Source: Octopus bimaculoides (Eukaryota). Taken from it: a DNA stretch of 57,365 bases. The first letter of the stretch is position 1, and each line of letters starts with the position of its first letter. The notes below the pieces were generated by a model that ran no database searches, was not told the origin of the DNA, and saw nothing but the letters and a program-made list of their open reading frames with translations. A program made the translations under genes and the position numbers. Of the stretch, positions 36,070 to 50,740 are shown piece by piece. Where the stretch lies: the NCBI RefSeq assembly GCF_001194135.2, contig NC_068984.1, positions 24,752,080 to 24,809,444 of the forward strand, in the 5' to 3' direction.

Positions 36070-38800
36070 CTGTACAACAGCGTTTTTCTGTATGCCTTGG
36101 TTATGTACAGTTTGTATCTCTATCGTATTGAAATTATTGTACACAAGTGCTCTGTACCTATTAGTGCTACTTGATGAATGTTGCGTATATATGTGTAAGT
36201 CCTTGGGTTTAAGTTATATATTTGCTTTCATCTTTATCAATTATTCCAGAGGCACCTATTATTATAGAAATTGCCTGTTTTCATTGCCATATTGACGTTC
36301 TTTTTTTTTTTCGAGATCATTACATTTGGTTAGTTTTTCCATTTTATTTTTTTAGAAATGGAAAAAAAAATCCAAATAGTTTCATCTGTTAGAATAAATA
36401 TAGACTGTTTTCTGTTAAAATTAATAAATCGATTAAATGAGATTCCTTTTCCTGCATATCTTTGACAAAATATTATCTGGTCGATTTGCCTAAAACTTCT
36501 CCGTCTATGTTATATTGGTATGTCTCTTGTTTGCACTCTTTCTCTCTTCAAAATGGTATAATTTCCAGTGTATGTTATGCTTTTTACCATGATTGCATGT
36601 ACATTTTCTACATATCTTGCACCCACGTTTCGTATTCTGGTTTATTAAATGTTTTTGGTAGTTTCTCATGAGAGCGCTTGGGGGTCTTTGTATCCTGACC
36701 AAATATCCTTCTGGCTGAATGACTTATTTAATCACTCCTGCTTTGTTCAGTTTTGTTAGGTATTGGCCATGTAAGAATCTATTGCCATTCAGCATCCAAA
36801 TTGTTAACATAAATGAACTTCTCTGTGTCCAACACAGACAGATTCAGTGAACAAGAGATAAGGAAGTTGAAGTGGTGTATTGTAGCTGCATCCATGTTTT
36901 CTTCTGTCGAATCTTGTTGGTTCGCTTAGCGTTTCGTTATATTGTAACGCATTAGTGGAACAGCTACAGTATTCGTACATTTCACTTTTATTTGTTACTC
37001 AGTTTTAAATATTGAGCTAATGCTTGTATAGAATTCATTTCTAATCTTTTCTTTCATTTGTGTGCGTTGTATATATCTCTATTAATTAATAGCCTAAGTC
37101 TTCGTAAGTTTGTGTTCAGTCTATTTCTAAAATTCTCATCCTGTTTCTTTATTGATTGCGACTTTAGAAGGATTAATTTCCACTTTTCAAGGTACACTTA
37201 CTCAACTCCACCGAAACCCATTCAGTAACTTTAAATATATTTGGTGATTAATTTGCTTTTTATTTTATAGGTAGCATATTACTAAATATAGAGGCACTTC
37301 ATTATAGCTTTATTTTCTAAATTTCAAAAGTAGCAGTTCTCCGACACTACCCCTTATCTGCTTCACAGATTCCTACAAATTGATTATAAATAATGGATAG
37401 TATTTTTATGTTCATATTCCAAATTCTTGCTATCTTACTCGCCACGAAAAATATATCAACCTTCTTTACATAGGTAAATCACATAAATTAGTGTACAAAA
37501 TCCTGGATAGGGATGTCTAGTTGGTTCGCTCTTGTACTTCTGTCTGTATGTGTCTGCATATCCCAGAGAATCGCATCATTTTCATTTTCCACATCAGAAC
37601 GTGTGTGTTTGCCCTTAAATCATATATTTTTAGATTGTTCATGAATTTATATATATATTCTTTCAATTATTTGTGCAAGTAAAATAAATGAATATTTCTT
37701 AATATAATATCTCCAATATTTCAGTGTCACCTTGCCTTGTCCTGTCACATGTTGTTACTCTATCCATTTTCGTACTTGCATAATTATGTCGGTTCCATTT
37801 TTCTGTTGTATTTCATATTGCTAGAGAATTTACCAGTAAAGATATCCAGCTGCTCCTGTTTTGTTTGTACATATCATGTCTTATACAGCACTGGTCAGGA
37901 TGTAAGAAAGGTTTCTTTTTATTTAATTCTCCTTATATTCGACATGTAGCTACCGTTTACGTTATATTAGGATGATAGTTTGGTAATATAGAATATGGAG
38001 TAATTAGTCCTATGTTGTATCAATCGTACATATTTTTATATATAATGACCAACTAATAACAGCTGATAGATATGTCACTGTCATGTTGTTGTTTAGGCCT
38101 GGTCATTTCTGATCGAGTACACCTATAATCAAACGTCTATAAGCGAATTTAATACTGTCTTTTTTTCCAGTCTGTATATCTAGGACTATATTCTGCATAG
38201 TTTTTTTCTTTTAAGCAGTAGGTTGTTGCAATTTGAGGATTGCCATGGAATTGCCTATCCATTCGTTTCTCACTGCTTGATGATATTTTTTCTTTCGCTC
38301 TATTTTTCTCTACTTTTCTATTGATTTATCCTTTTTTTTTTTTTCACGTTCATGATGTAATACTTCAAGGTTTACTTCAGTCTTAAATCTTGTGAATGGA
38401 ATATAGTTATTTTGTTTTTTTTATGACTAATATAACATATGCAACATTTTTCTTCGTTGTCTGTGAATAACATGCAATCCAATTATTGCAGTTTTGTAAT
38501 TGGATTCTACTCATAGCAATTTACTATCTTTTTATATAAAGCTGGTGGATATCTGCCAATTAAATGGTATGTTTTGTATATCACGAAGTCTCTCTTAGTA
38601 CTGGTATCCAATTATAAGGGCTCTAGCTTATGATGTTAATGCTGTATAACAGTAAATATATTGCGATGGAAATCATTACCTCTTACATTTTTTTAATAGG
38701 AAAGAAATGTTCAGGATATTCTCAGGTTTTCCGAATCTGTGATTGATATGGTTGATGTTTAGTTTCAACGTTTGTAAATCGATATCTGCAAGAGAAAAGA
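36070..38800 (-). mobile_element. Highly degenerate R4/Dong-like (RLE) non-LTR retrotransposon
   Basis: Minus-strand remnants RNYQKHLINQN..GCKIC..HWKL (CCHC region), ANRPD..KDMQEKESHLIDL (PD..D endonuclease) and IIIGASGII; faint RT remnants further upstream; upstream boundary uncertain. Confidence 0.6.
38085..38250 (-). mobile_element. Family D repeat nested in the R4-like relic
   Basis: TTGTTGTTTAGGCCTGGTCATTTCTGATCGAGTACACCTATAATCAAA...GTATATCTAGGACTATATT. Confidence 0.55.
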
Positions 38801-39219
38801 TGGCTGGTAACGGAATTGTGTGTTAACGTTCTAGAACAGACATAAACAAGAGCGAGGTTGACAAATACAGTTAAGAGGACTAGCACAGATGGACAGGTAG
38901 TGTTAAACTGAGCTGCATGATATGCCTAAAACTTCTACGGAAACAGCATCAAACTGCACTCACAAATAGACACCACAATATACACGATTAAACGTTTTCA
39001 GAAAGTGATGCTGTTGTTCAGTGACACTACTTCAGCAAACATTCAGATAATAATTTACTGTTTTTGATGTCTTCCGATTTCTGTCCTTTATGTTTTAGAT
39101 GCATTGACTAGAGCTATAAAACGGAAAACAATGAGGACGAATATAGCGAAGACTTCAAACAGGATATTGTAAACGGTGTTAGAGGGTGAAGGAAACATGT
39201 TAAGGCAGTAACACTTAAT

Positions 39220-39465
39220 AGTGGGGGCGCGTGGCTAAGTGGTTAGGGTGTTGGACTCATGATCGTAAGATTGTGGTTTCGATTCCTGGACCGGGCGACT
39301 CATTGTGTTCCTGAGCAAAATACTTCATTTCTCGTTGCTCCAATCCACTCAGCTGGCAAAAATGAGTAAGCCTGCAACGGACCGGCGTCCCGTCCAGGCG
39401 GGGTTTGCATATACACCATGAAATTGGGAAACCGGCCCTTGTGAGTCGGCATAACTCGAGAAGGG
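39220..39465 (+). mobile_element. tRNA-derived SINE (family E; CORE-like plus V/Meta-like central domain) with a 9-bp TSD
   Basis: GGCGCGTGGCTAAGTGGTTAGG...GGTTTCGATTCC head; CCTGAGCAAAATACTTCATTT CORE-like block; CCTGCAACGGACCGGCGTCCCGTCCAGG block; ACACTTAAT at 39211-39219 and 39466-39474. Confidence 0.82.
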
Positions 39466-39866
39466 ACACTTAATGCCAGCAAAATTCACTGAAGCAGTCT
39501 ATAAATAGATTCAAGAGAGGTTTTAAAAAATAACTGCCTTGTTCTTCAAAGTAATACCAACAGATTTTAGATTTCAGTTGGTTTGTCCAATTTACGTATC
39601 GAATTTTCCATTGTTTCGTTATATTAAGATGTATGAGGAAATTGTAACTGTGTAGTGATCTATATGACATTTTGCTCTTAAATTTTGGATGTTAGTCAAG
39701 AGAATTATTGTAGACAAGTTCCTGTGTTTTAGAAGCTGAGAAAAGCACATAATTTCAGCTCATTAGTGTTTGTGTAAGCATTATTGTGTTTAAACACACA
39801 CACACGCTCGCGCGCTCGCAAACACGCACACGCAAACATGCACACACACACGCACACGTGTATGTA

Positions 39867-40431
39867 CATGGTATGATCAATAAGTATCCGGACTACTCAG
39901 AGGCCTACACAAAGTTTTCAAAAAGTTTTCGTCGTTCTTGACACAAACAAGGAGATTTCGTGCAACTCAAACCCGAGTGTCCTTTTGGTCAGTTGAAAGC
40001 AGTTTTGGCACAAACTTGGAAGACACGCGTCTCGTACCCAAATCTTCATTGATAATGAACTGAACTGAACCGTAACTACTTTACACATCTTCTGATAGAT
40101 CGCGGATGGTGATTCGACGATTTTCCCCCACAGCCTCACGCACATCTGCGGTGTTTTCTCAGTTCTGCTGGTTGCAGGTCTCCCAGAACGTTAATCACTA
40201 TCGACATTTTTCGGCCATCTTGGAAGCGTCTGAACTGCTCGTACACTTGTGTGCGGCTCATATACTCCTCTCCATACACTTTCTGCAACTTTGCGTAGGC
40301 CTCTGAGCGAGTATCACCATGACAAATTCCCCTGTCATGGTCAATGCGATGATCACACGTTACACACGTTACTTCGAAACACTGCTGTAAACAGCGGAAG
40401 TTAGAACGTTGGAAGTTAGTGCACATGCACT
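39867..40431 (-). mobile_element. Internally deleted mariner relic (N-terminal HTH region only)
   Basis: TA|CATGGTATGATCAATAAGTATCCGGACT TIR-like end; minus peptides SEAYAKLQKVYGEEYMSRTQVYEQFRRFQDGR and EDLGTRRVSSKFVPKLL. Confidence 0.85.
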
Positions 40432-40452
40432 ATGTATGTATGTATGTATGTA

Positions 40453-40628
40453 TTCTCATGCATATAGTTATATATCTAGACATGCTTATATATATTTAAA
40501 TGATAAACTTCTGGAAAGTTTTACAGATTTTTGCAGTTCCAGTGATGGATTGAATCTGTAGTCTTCGAATTAGCTTTCTCTTTTCTGGTTTTGAGAAGCC
40601 TCATTTATCAAGATTTATATTTAGGCAG
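40453..40628 (-). mobile_element. 3' end of an R4/Dong-like RLE retrotransposon between (TATG)n tracts
   Basis: Minus frame GFSKPEKRKLIRRLQIQSITGTAKICKTFQKFII* resembles the RLE-element C-terminal LQ..xLGT.KI motif. Confidence 0.6.
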
Positions 40629-42439
40629 TATGTATGTATGTATGTATGTATGTATGTATGTATGTTTATTGGCAGTGTTAAATGAGTTTGTTTGATGATT
40701 GTTTGTTGTAGAGATTGTCTTGAACTTTGTGATAGCAGAAATGCTAAACTTAGGAGCATTTTTGTTGTTGCTCTGTTTTCAAGTGAATATGAACTATCCT
40801 TTACATATTCAATAAAAGATGTGCAGAAGTCAGTGTATGTCTACTCACAGGAAAAAAAATCCGTTTACTCAAAGTTTCGGTTATTACGTACGAAATAATT
40901 GCAGCTAGTTATTTGAAGTTTCAAATGGTTGTGTTTGAATTTGTTTATAGATTGTATTTCTGTTCCTTTCTCTTGCCTATCTGACAGCACCAGAGAAAAT
41001 ATATTTGATCATTGCTGACCGTTTCACTGCTTACGTACTATTTTCGCTAAACAATTTACGCCATGTAAATTGTTTACGTTTTCCTTCTTTCAAATCATCT
41101 GATTCATTGAGTTGTGCTGGTAATTAGTAGTTTTAGATGTCTCCTTCGATTCTGATATTTCTGCCTTTTTAGTAATTCAACGTTTCGTGCATATCTTTTT
41201 TTTTATCCTCAGTTATTTATTTGTCTGTGATGGATTCGCATTTTTTTTACAATTGATAAACTCTTTCTGTTTGAGTTAATCTGTTTCTGTATTTTTGTTT
41301 TCCGCAGTGACTAGCTATTCCTTATTAATCTAATATTCTCATGTTCTGTTCTTGTTTGTATATCTTGCTATCTGTTACATAACATTTACATTGGTAGTAT
41401 CTTGTTCATCTGATATGTGTGGATTATTTATGGATTTGCTTTATTTGTATTCTTTTCTCGGTTATCATTTGTGATTGCTATTTTGGTTATATACAGTATT
41501 TGTTCTATACTAATACATTCCACATTTTCAATTTTATGTCTATATATTTTATTAGCTATTCTTTGTAATTTGTATTGTTCGAACCTTAGTTTAGCCTAGA
41601 CTAAAGATATTTCAGCCATGTCTAATCCATGTTTTTCAAGCTTAATGTATCTATCATTACGCGTTTTCTTTCTTTTCAATATAGTTAGATACAATTTGAA
41701 GGAGATTTGGCCACTAAATTATTTGCGGGTTCGCATAGAATCTCGTTTTCTATGTGTATCGTTGTTTTGTAGACAAATGGCTGGAGATGTGTTTTTAAAG
41801 TTAGTTTGTTTTTGTTTGTGGGAATTAAGTATATCTTATACTTCATTATGTTGTTGGAATTCTTATTTACTGTTTTCTAGTTTTCTTATTGCAAGATAGT
41901 TCTATTCCCGAGATATTTTTTATTAATATTTCCTTGATATTCTCTGTGTGACATTGTCCTTGAGTAACATTCTGCCGTGAGAAATGAATGAGTGAATTGC
42001 ATAGAAAACTTTCATAACTTTAAATTAACAAGTCCTTGACCATTTAGCCTTTTTATCGAATATTTCCTTGTAAGTTCTTTCATAAGTAGCTGAGCTCTCT
42101 GGATATTGGACTTTGTAGGATATTTCACATCTGTGCTAAATGTAAACACATTACACTGTAGGTACTTATTGCATGCAAAATTATGGAAGGAGCAAATATA
42201 ATATAATCAGTTTTTTCTTCATATTTAGTTTAATCACTATACCATTGTTTTTGTTTTAGTAGTTAATTTAAAGTTAACTCTGATAATTTTTGTAAACAAT
42301 TTTTATCGAAAGAAAATATTTACTCATATTTTCTCACTGGTATTAATAAAACAGATTGATGTTTTATGGTTCAGTTGTTGATACAAGGAATTTGTGTATG
42401 TATCTTGGTAAGAACTACAGTATTGTTTTCGTACTTACT

Positions 42440-42575
42440 ACCTGCGATAACATACAAAGGGACCTGCTTTGATAACATAGTCCTAAATCGAGTAAATCGG
42501 GGAAAACATATCCTTCTAGAATTGCATAATTGCTTTTATCATGCTTCTCGATCAGGGATGACCTGGCGTTAATCA
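42440..42575 (+). mobile_element. Family D repeat (tail-forward orientation)
   Basis: GATAACATAGTCCTA...CTCGATCAGGGATGACCTGG is the reverse complement of the other copies. Confidence 0.45.
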
Positions 42576-42740
42576 GACACGGCGTTAAGTACGTCGTCTT
42601 TTTTTAGTTATTTTTTTTTACACTTCGCCGTCTTCTTTCAATGATAAAATTCTGTATTTAATTTCACTTCAGCTTCATATAATTTATTGTTTTGACTCTA
42701 TTTACCTTTGAGAATATGACGCTCACACACAATACATACA

Positions 42741-42785
<45 letters not shown>

Positions 42786-42795
42786 GCACAGACAC

Positions 42796-42826
<31 letters not shown>

Positions 42827-45800
42827 AAATTAAATGTTTATACATTAAAATTTCAAAATACTAACAAAAATTTTAAAAAGACACTTGATATATAGTTAGC
42901 TTTAAATCAAAGCATATCTTCAGTTTAAATAATTTTGTTGGCAAATATTTATTTAATTTTGCAGAGGCGTTTGATTTGTAAATTACAGTTTTCATAATTA
43001 AGAGATCTTTAAACTATGAAAAATGATGGTTAGATTAATATGAGCAGAATCCGTATTCATCGTTTATGCCTTTCGGTTATTCCCAAAAACTTTAATGCAG
43101 TAAAAATATTAAATTAAATGAGACACTAAATAATAAAGATAATAAAATACAAAACATTTTCAATTGTAATGTTTGGAGGACTTGCCTTCCATCTTTCTTC
43201 TAATTTCTTTTAATAATTTTCCATCAGAAGAAACCCAACTATAACATTAAAATATTTCGCTAATTAGAGACATCATTTGAAATAAAGTGAAAAAGCAGGA
43301 GATGTCAAGCGATGCTCGTTTTCTTTAAGGGTGAAAACAATTATTTTACAATATTTTTTTAGTTTAGTTTCAATAAATTAACTATAGACACTTGCTTTGA
43401 GTTTTCATCGTTTGGAGTTATTTTAGCAATTTAAAAAAAATTCTACAGCCTGTTCTCCCATAATAATTTAGTTAATAGAGGAAGGGCAACGATGACGACC
43501 TTTTTCGGGACTCTGTGAGTAGCGAAAGGTAGGGAAGAAGTTATCAGTAAACTGGAAACCTGACCCCAATAGTCGAAATTTAGTAAAGTCCGCGAAAGGT
43601 ACCTAAGGGACAGGTGGTGAACCAGAGCTCACATTACAAATGAGAGCCCATTTCAATAAGAGCTCTGCAAGTGATAAATGAGAAATGAACTAAAAATTAG
43701 CGCCTTATCAATGCCCACTACAACCGAAAGGGTTTGATAGCCATTAGATGAGAAAATTAACAGAAAGAAAATGAAATATTCAATCGTGTCTTGCTTTCTA
43801 ATTTGAGTTGGTACTTGGTGTCTCAGTTTATCCTTTTATATATGTTGACAGGGAAATCCTAATCGATCCACAATAAAAATATATGTATAATTATTCTCAA
43901 CAGCAAAAGGGATTTATGATACCATTTCTTTTAAAGAAATGATTTAGTAAAAATGGATTGTCATACATTATCAGCCTGTGGGAAAATACCATTACAAGAA
44001 AACGTCTCTCTCAGCTTATCCATATAATTGTTACATTCCTTCTAAAATATTTGCCTTTCCAATAATATTCAGTAATTTTTGCTTTCAATTTGTTATTTGT
44101 ACCTAAATAAGAGATAACTTTTAATTGTTTGAGCAAATTCTATAAGCAAGCAAGAAATCTGAACTTCTCTGCCAACCTTCATTTGCTATAAGTCTTTGAT
44201 GAAATATCTTACCTTGGATTTTCAAGACGCTAATAGACATATGATACAACGCAAAACTTTTAAGTATAATGGAATAGATTTTCTTGTATATTTGATGTTG
44301 ATCAGTGTCTCAACTACTCACTACAAATATTCCCCACCTCCTGAAATTGGAAACTTGAGCTGGATTTTTTTCTCTAATCTTATATGATATTCGTTTCAAA
44401 ACCTTTGTATTACATCGTAAATTATGAAAGCAACTCGTATAAGTTAACATTGAAATGTCATAAATCTAACTTCTGTTTTCGATTTTGGCCCGCAACTTGT
44501 TACTTGCTTAGCTATTAATTAAATCAATGTTTGTAAGAGCTTTTGCTTCAATAATGATTTCAGCTACCACTACTTTGTTCTATTACTATTTAATGAAACT
44601 ATAGAATCTAAAGATTTTTGGCAGCTTTAAACTCACTAAACTCGTGTTTACATTATTTTATTATTAAAATAATGTATTATATAATTCAAAATTATGTGGC
44701 TATATTTTCCGGGCAGACAGATTGTCTGGTTATGAAAATTAAAACCTACCATAGAAATGAGAAAATTTGGCTTTGAGGTTAATATCATTCATAAAAAGAG
44801 CAAGTAATTTAGCTTCGTTTTTCGAATTATGTTTCAAGTTTCTTATAAGACTCTTGAAAAATGAAATTAATATAATAAATAAAATGAGTAATTTATGAAA
44901 AATATTCTTCTCATAATTAACGATAATGTGATTGGTCTTGTAACCAAATTAACACGTTCAGGGACTCCAACTTGTAGCAAAAGGAATAATCCGGAATGTT
45001 GTTTCTGTTGCCTTGTCTTGCATTCAGGTGGTCTTAACTTCAAATATCCAAGCTACCGAAACACACATCATTTTGTGTAAATAAGGTAGGGTCTCATATC
45101 TAAATAAGGTAGGGTCTCATATGAAAAAACATTGTTTCACATTATCCAAGCAATCAGTAGATAAAATCTCCCACTAAGGAGGGAGTGTTTAAAAACAGTT
45201 ATTAGGAATGTCCACAATAAGATTAATTCATCAAAATTTCTGGACAATACAGACAATGAAGTTTGGTGTGAATCGGATCTTTAAGACAAAATATTTAAAA
45301 AATCGGTCACTTCGATCTTATTAAACCTCATCAGCAAAGCATATTCTACTCTTCTAGCAAGACTGAGAGCCCAATGCGTGTATATATATATATATATACA
45401 CAGAAACAGAATAAAACAAAGCAGGTGCGTTCTTTTATATATTTAGTTACAAAATCCTACAATGAATACTAATAATGAATAAATATCATTAATATGGTAT
45501 AATGAAAATCTTATCTGATTGTATTATAAAATCTTCAGAGATTGCGTAATCTTTAGTATTCATACTTGACAGACAATATTCTTTTGGGATATACAGGAAT
45601 ACAAATGGAGTTCTTAATATCGGTTTTTAAACCAATCAATATCTCTCCACCCATTCTCTTTCCAAATAATTATAGCCGCAGTCAATGGATTGAAAAAAAT
45701 AACAGAATAAATAAGTAAAGGAACATATATATATATGACTCTACCCTCTACTGTTTTCTCTCTCCCCCTTTCGTTTTCTCTCTCTTCCTTTCTCTAATTC

Positions 45801-46348
45801 TTTTTCTCCCTTTCACCGTTTTCTATCTGTCTCTCCCCTTCTCCCTCTTTCTCCTTTACTCTCTCTCTCTCGTTGCTCACACGTGACGATCGTCCATCTT
45901 TCTTTTCTTCACGTGGTCATCTTTCTTTTCATTCAGTCTGTCTTACAGATCAGACGCATTCTTATCTGTCTCCTCTTCTATTTTTTCTCTTGTCAAAGAC
46001 TATTTCTCCAGCGTTCGCTACTTTACCTCGTTTGGCCTAACGACCCTCCATGTTTGTTTTCGTTTGGTTTGTTGTATGTCTCCACTGTCCTTTTTTTGTT
46101 ACCAACTTTGACCATCTGTAAATCCCAAATTTTATTTTCGTTCGCGGGAGCAACTGCCTTTTATTGCCGTTAATTGCTCGAAATGAGGACTAGATGGACA
46201 GCCGACAACCGATGAAGGGTCGTTTTTTATGTTATTTGTCTTGTTTTCCATTTGTTTCTCTCGTTCGCGTACCAAAATTTGTCTTCGTATTTCATGCTGT
46301 TTTGGTATTTCACGTTGTTTTCGCTTTGTGACGTCCTGTACTCATATA

Positions 46349-46406
<58 letters not shown>

Positions 46407-49129
46407 NNNNNNNNNNNNNNNNNNNNNNNNNNNNNNNNNNNNNNNNNNNNNNNNNNNNNNNNNNNNNNNNNNNNNNNNNNNNNNNNNNNNNNNNNNNNNN
46501 NNNNNNNNNNNNNNNNNNNNNNNNNNNNNNNNNNNNNNNNNNNNNNNNNNNNNNNNNNNNNNNNNNNNNNNNNNNNNNNNNNNNNNNNNNNNNNNNNNNN
46601 NNNNNNNNNNNNNNNNNNNNNNNNNNNNNNNNNNNNNNNNNNNNNNNNNNNNNNNNNNNNNNNNNNNNNNNNNNNNNNNNNNNNNNNNNNNNNNNNNNNN
46701 NNNNNNNNNNTATATATATATATATATATATATATTGAATATGAATATGAGTATGATTGAGAGAAAATATATTAGGGGAGTTCTGTTTACTAAATATACA
46801 CACGGCAAGGTTTTACTTACATAATACACAGAGTCGAATAACTTTGATCAAGCGAGATCATTCAAGCAACCACCACGGAAGATAGCTATTTTAATTTTTA
46901 AACACTCTTAGAGGGGTTTTTTCTTTACTTAAGTTTATTCAATTAATGTTCTTGACTTACTCTATTACATATATAAGACGCTACCATATTTGTATTTAGT
47001 ATGTCGAACAATCCTTGAAATATTTCTGTCAGTCATTATCACTTTGTATAATTCATTTCTCAGCGGAGAAATATATACCATTCTCTGTTATTCCTACAGG
47101 GAGCGAATTGAACTTGATTATTAAGTGTTCTTAATACAAATGCAATGTAATTCTGAATACGTAGCATAACCCGGAGACCTTTATTGGTATCACAATAATA
47201 TTATCGTTTATATAATATAACATACATCTTAATGGTCCAAAACCTCTAGTTATTGCCCGAGATGCGACAATATATTCTACGTTATTGTTGTTGAAGCTTC
47301 AAATTAGTCCTACAAGAAATAGCATTCAAATTTCTCTTTAAAAGTACTTAACCATCTTAAAATATGAGCTGACACATTGGACAATGCCTTAGATACACTA
47401 TGTATGAAATAAGACAATCTGGTAATGACTGGAGCGTCTCTTAATCATAGCTCCGATCGAGTAAATCTATATTATCTTTATTCCACTTGGACGCAGTTAT
47501 AAGATCAATCATATTTTGTAATGTTCAAATTTCAATAACTGCGCTCAAATTACATATTTCTTTTCATACCTTATTAAGTGAAATTTTAGTACTGTTTTCT
47601 TTGCCTGAATAGAAAATAAAACTGAAATGTATTAGTGAGAGGTATGACAATCGTTCAGAGGTTTTTAAAGATGGTATTCTCTTTATTTTAAAAGATTAAT
47701 TAATCCAAGAATATATTTTTATATTCTTCATTCTTTTTTAAGTGTGTGGGGATAATCTGAAGGAAATGTTTTGGCTATTTCTAGCAGGTCAAGCAACTGT
47801 ATAAATGCTTTCTCGTTGGCACAAAAATATCTGACATTTTGAGGAAAGCTAGTGAGTAGATGCAATAATTTAATTTAATAATAGCTAGTGAAGCATGAGT
47901 TCGAAAAAAAAAACAAAAGGGTGGGGATAGTGAAAAGAAAAGACAAGCTGAGAAAAGGAGGAAAATTATACCGGATGGGGGCAAACAGAGCAAAGCAAAA
48001 GGTAAAAAGAGAATGAAGATAAACCACAGAGTGAATGTAGAAACCGAATAGTTGCAATAAACGTTGGGTTATGGAAATAGCGAAAGAAAAGCAAGCTAGT
48101 GTGACAGAAAGAATATAAATCAAAAAGCAACAATGGGATTAGTCGGTGAAAACAAACGAGAAAGAAACAGTGAAGAATCATAGAACTAAAAATAAGAGAA
48201 CAGGCAAGTCGATGGAGAAGTTAAAGCAAAGTTGTTCATTCGTTCTGTGTGATAAGAACGCATTCCAAATCAGAAAATAAATTTCCGCTTTAGCGACAAC
48301 ACAGACCGAAATATGACCTGGCTAGTTGAAGTGTTCGCTCGGTTACGGGTTTCATGAGATCGTAAATTATAATTTTGTTCTGGACATCGAAAAGATGCTA
48401 GTGAAACCAATCATCAGATATATTATTTATCGGTATTCTATTTCACCGATATATGTTAGACTGCAAAGTTTACACAGGATGCTGTAGATAAAATTAGAAG
48501 TGATGTTACATACAAGTTGTCGGTGATAAATAAATTCATAACGTTGATAAACGGAGAAGTGAAATACAGAATTAAGAAAATCGCCAAATTAGACTAGAGC
48601 ATGAAATGTTTTAATTTAATGGAACAGGTGAAAAATAAGAAAGAAAATGTAATTCTAATCCTACAGGCCCGATGAAGCAGAGACAACGTCAAAGAAAACC
48701 TAGCCATGACTAAGTTGCTTTTATGAATGTCTAGGACTGTATAATCGAATGTGCCCTTTCTGTTTATTTTAAGACAGTTCAATGTTTCTGTGAGAAATAT
48801 ATATGCTGTGATTTCTGGCATGTTTAAAGACTTCCCTTCAGTTTATGTAATAGTATATCGATAGTGAATGAGAGAGTTGCATCTTAAAAGAAAGACGTGC
48901 TAATACTATACAAATTTTGTCTGCATAACTAAGATTGGGTAAAGGATATTTGTCTGCGCACACATACACACGCACACAGATACACACAGATATATTTTGA
49001 GAGAGGTGTATCGTTCTCAGACAGGTGAAAGCATACCAATGAAGAGTAAGCATGGCTCATCTCTATATTAAGAAGAGTAACATCATAAAGCGTAGCGTTG
49101 ATGGGAACATGTTCGCGAATTCCGGAAGA

Positions 49130-50740
49130 TACTAGTTTGGTTCTACCACTTAATATGGAGGATCTAGTGACAACAATCTATGACAAAATCAGGGAAAGCT
49201 TCTAGTCTTGACAGTATAAGTTTTAAAGACTATCCAGCTCTTCAGATAATACTGGCAATACGGTAACCTCCCTAAATAATTAAAGGATGCGCCGGTAGTC
49301 ACCATTTACAAGTGGAGGGGCAACAAGCAGGAGGTAGAAACTACCAAGGAATTTAATTCCCTTCTCTCAATTCCAGAGAAATACTAGCAAAATTACTCAA
49401 GAGATTGCAAAATATTCCGAACAAATTCTCCTTGAAAGACGGTATGGATTTTGTTTATCTCAGAGCACTAGCAACATGATTTTTAACTTTTGAAAAATCC
49501 AGGAAATGCATTCTACTTTCTGCATTGTGGGAAGACCTTGCTGAAAATGTATGGATACTAGAACAAATTTGGGGAAATAGTCGAATATTTCACCATATTA
49601 TATCTGCCACGATCTCTCCTGGGAGCGACAGCTCTCCCACACCTTATCCGGCTGCTTCTGGAGTAAAACGGTTGTGTACCCGACCCAGTACTATTTGCAG
49701 TATTTCTTACTTCTATACTCAGAAAGATGCCGAAAGAACTCACAGGTTGGGCGTATATCTATACCAGAGTGGATGATGGTTTTTTTAAAACAAATCTAAA
49801 CAAAGATCCATCAGGAAATGCTACAACATTTATATACCCCAAATTAATTTCGCTGATGATTTGACCTTAGTGGCCCATCCCTTAGTATATATATAGAAAA
49901 TTACATACCGCTTTATTAATGAGCGGCGTCAATTTTCGGCCCATCTATAAATGTAAAAAAATACCAATCTAAACTCAGAGTACTAAGACGCAACCCTCCA
50001 GCCATCACGATTGCTAATCAACTTCTAAGTGTGATGAAAAGGTTTACATATTTAAGCAGTGCGATTTCCGACGGCAAGTCTGGATGCGGAGGTTTGATCG
50101 CTGCATACAGTCGGCTACCGTCGTTTTCGGGAAGCTTGAAGATTGACTAGAATCAGCGTGGCATTAAATTACCAACAAAATGCATAGTTTACTGAGCAGC
50201 AGTACTATCCTATCTAGGTATTCTACTGATATACAGCGTGTAGTTGGCATATTAAAAAACTGATGAGTTGTCAGTTGCGAACTATAATGAACATTACTTG
50301 GCGAGGTTTCATCTCCAACCAGAAGGTCTCACAGTATGCAGTTTCGGTTAAATGTTTCCTGTCAGAATCACAGTTTCGGTGGGTGAATACGTGATCTGTA
50401 TGGAAGATAAAATGATCACTAAGGCTGTGCTGTCCAATGAGCTGAAATATGAAAGCCGTCAAAGAAAGCGTCCGAATCTCCACTAAGAGGATATCATCAA
50501 ACGACATACCAGTGAGGCTGATAACCTTATTGTAACTACAAAGAAGACAGTAAATGACTGCAGACAATTGTCATATAAGAGGAGTAAATGTTAGAGGTAA
50601 ACTGGATGAAACAACCGAAAGAAAAGAGAGAGAAAGCTAAAACAAGATTTCCTACACCAGTACTGCCTACAGTATTCGACTATAATTGCAGTTAGTCGTG
50701 CCTTTATTTTTGGTCTACAATTCCATGCTCGATCAAGGCT
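49130..50740 (+). mobile_element. Degenerate RTE-clade (BovB-like) LINE ORF remnant
   Basis: KDAPVVTIYK..G....RNYQGI, INFADDLTLVA, RFTYLSSAISD, GIKLPTK and QFRW..HVICMED peptides in RTE order; many stops and frameshifts. Confidence 0.82.

Noticed and set aside
46204-46240. Second hammerhead-like motif GACAA-CCGATGA...TTGTC in a possible Penelope-like terminus (45870-46350)
   Set aside because: No GAAA box or proper stem II, so no ribozyme is called
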